Shown here one piece after another: positions 36,908-37,994 of a DNA stretch of 37,994 nt (positions within the stretch are counted from its first letter, which is position 1; the number at the start of each line of letters is the position of its first letter). Source of the DNA: Pseudomonadota bacterium (lineage in GTDB: Bacteria > Bdellovibrionota_C > UBA2361). Both the position numbers and the translations under genes were made by a program. The DNA lies in NCBI GenBank assembly GCA_046047875.1, contig JBJOHD010000194.1, positions 1-37,994 on the forward strand, written 5' to 3'. The notes beneath the pieces were generated by a model that was given only the letters and a program-made list of their open reading frames with translations, did not search any database and was not told where the DNA came from.

Positions 36908-37636
36908 TCAGTGATGGCCGTCCTCTTCGTGCTGGGTCGCGAGGAGAATATAAACCATCGTCAGCGTGGTAAAGATAAACGCCTGCATAAAGCAGACGAA
37001 GGTCCCCAGCGCTAGAAATACGAGGGGCGATATCGGCCCAAGCATATTCGTGAATATCTCAAGGACCATGTGGTCCGCCGTGATATTCCAATAAAGACGA
37101 AGGTTCAGGGTAAGTACCCGCAGACAGGTACTAAATATCTCAAGCGGGAAGAAGAACCACGCGAGCGCAGCCATCGGGCCGAAGAAATGCTTAATGTAGC
37201 CCCACAGACCGTTTGCTTTGATTCCCCAACCGTTGAAATAAAAGAAAACGACAAAAGCCATCCCGACGTTAATCCACACCGTCGTTGTAATCGCCGGCAT
37301 TCCGGGAACGAGCCCCAAGAAGTTAGATAGAAGAAGAAAAAAGAAGACACTCGCCGTAAAAGGAAAGTGGTGACGATTATCTTTCCCGAGTACCGAGTCG
37401 TGATAATTGAGAAACGCCTCGATGACAAAGTCTACGGCGCCAAACAGTGTGAGCTTTTTATCGGGGACGATCGCGCTTTCCACTCCGTGAGGGGTGCTCA
37501 ACCGACCGGCGAGCGCCTTACCCGCTAACACCAGCCCTCCGCCAAGCATAAGAGCGAGACTGAACTTTTGAAGGTTCGGATCCGCGGTGAGGTGTGAAAG
37601 ATAATTGTAGCCTGAAGCCATCTGACGATTACTCAA
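36908..37636 (-). CDS. atpB: F0 ATP synthase subunit a
   Basis: SNFLGLVPG, PLE, LNLRLYWNI.ADH, QAFIFT.LT.VY. Start is TTG 37636 or ATG 37621. Confidence 0.95.
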   Translation of the reverse strand: MSNRQMASGYNYLSHLTADPNLQKFSLALMLGGGLVLAGKALAGRLSTPHGVESAIVPDKKLTLFGAVDFVIEAFLNYHDSVLGKDNRHHFPFTASVFFFLLLSNFLGLVPGMPAITTTVWINVGMAFVVFFYFNGWGIKANGLWGYIKHFFGPMAALAWFFFPLEIFSTCLRVLTLNLRLYWNITADHMVLEIFTNMLGPISPLVFLALGTFVCFMQAFIFTTLTMVYILLATQHEEDGHH

Positions 37637-37728
37637 CTTTTCCGGGGAGAGTTGTATATAATTCCGCCCCGGAATGCAAACCCCGCGGGGCGATTTAAAT
37701 CGATATTTTCCCGAATGTCGTCAGCAAT

Positions 37729-37994
37729 CTAGCGATCTTCTGCCGGGGAGGTGGGGGGGGGCTCAGAAAGGCTCGGCGGGGGGGTGCTGGGATCGCCCTG
37801 GTCCGTCTCTTCACTCCTCTCTCCTTGAGACTCGCGAAAGGCGTAGTGAAAACCCGCCGGTAGAAAAGCGAACGCCCCCAGAACCCCCGATAGAATCTCG
37901 GCGGTACTCGAGCGACCAAGGAGAAAGAGAGAGCCGACTATCGCCAAGAGTTTCACCGGAAACCAAACAGCAAATCGAATCACCCCGCCCGGCG
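37729..37994 (-). CDS. 3' part of a small membrane protein upstream of atpB (AtpI-like), truncated by the window edge
   Basis: Frame open to the edge, two TM helices and an acidic/Pro-rich tail, in the usual atpI position. Confidence 0.5.
   Translation of the reverse strand, partial: PGGVIRFAVWFPVKLLAIVGSLFLLGRSSTAEILSGVLGAFAFLPAGFHYAFRESQGERSEETDQGDPSTPPPSLSEPPPTSPAEDR

Noticed and set aside
1-37994. tRNA, rRNA, CRISPR arrays, transposases, integrases or prophage genes
   Set aside because: No cloverleaf, regularly spaced repeat array or mobile-element protein motif was seen by eye.

Overview
A ~60% GC bacterial chromosome segment, mostly housekeeping genes (secA, hemW, glnA, pepF, topA, mnmG, rnhA, mutY-like, rluA-family, accC, trxB, atpE/atpB) mixed with lineage-specific secreted and membrane proteins. 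The separate atpI-B-E block and the signal-peptide-bearing c subunit suggest a deltaproteobacteria-like or Bdellovibrionota-like lineage (inference). The most notable element is a compact three-gene RiPP locus at the left end (315-2591). It encodes a Sec-exported precursor with six Cys in a variant [K/S]-C-[S/G]-G repeat, an MNIO/DUF692 oxidase and a DUF2063-like partner, with two strong hairpins between precursor and enzyme. It resembles the bufferin/HvfA metal-binding RiPPs but has a different core motif and no sigma/anti-sigma or DoxX gene nearby. Other items are an unannotated frameshifted secreted-protein gene (22070-22592), an 8-Cys secreted miniprotein with a coupled partner, a hemW gene coupled to a CcmI-like TPR/zinc-ribbon gene, a cluster-less MutY variant, a SecA without its SEC-C motif, and two candidate structured RNAs. 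I found no tRNA, rRNA, CRISPR array or mobile element. All calls come from reading motifs by eye; no searches were run.
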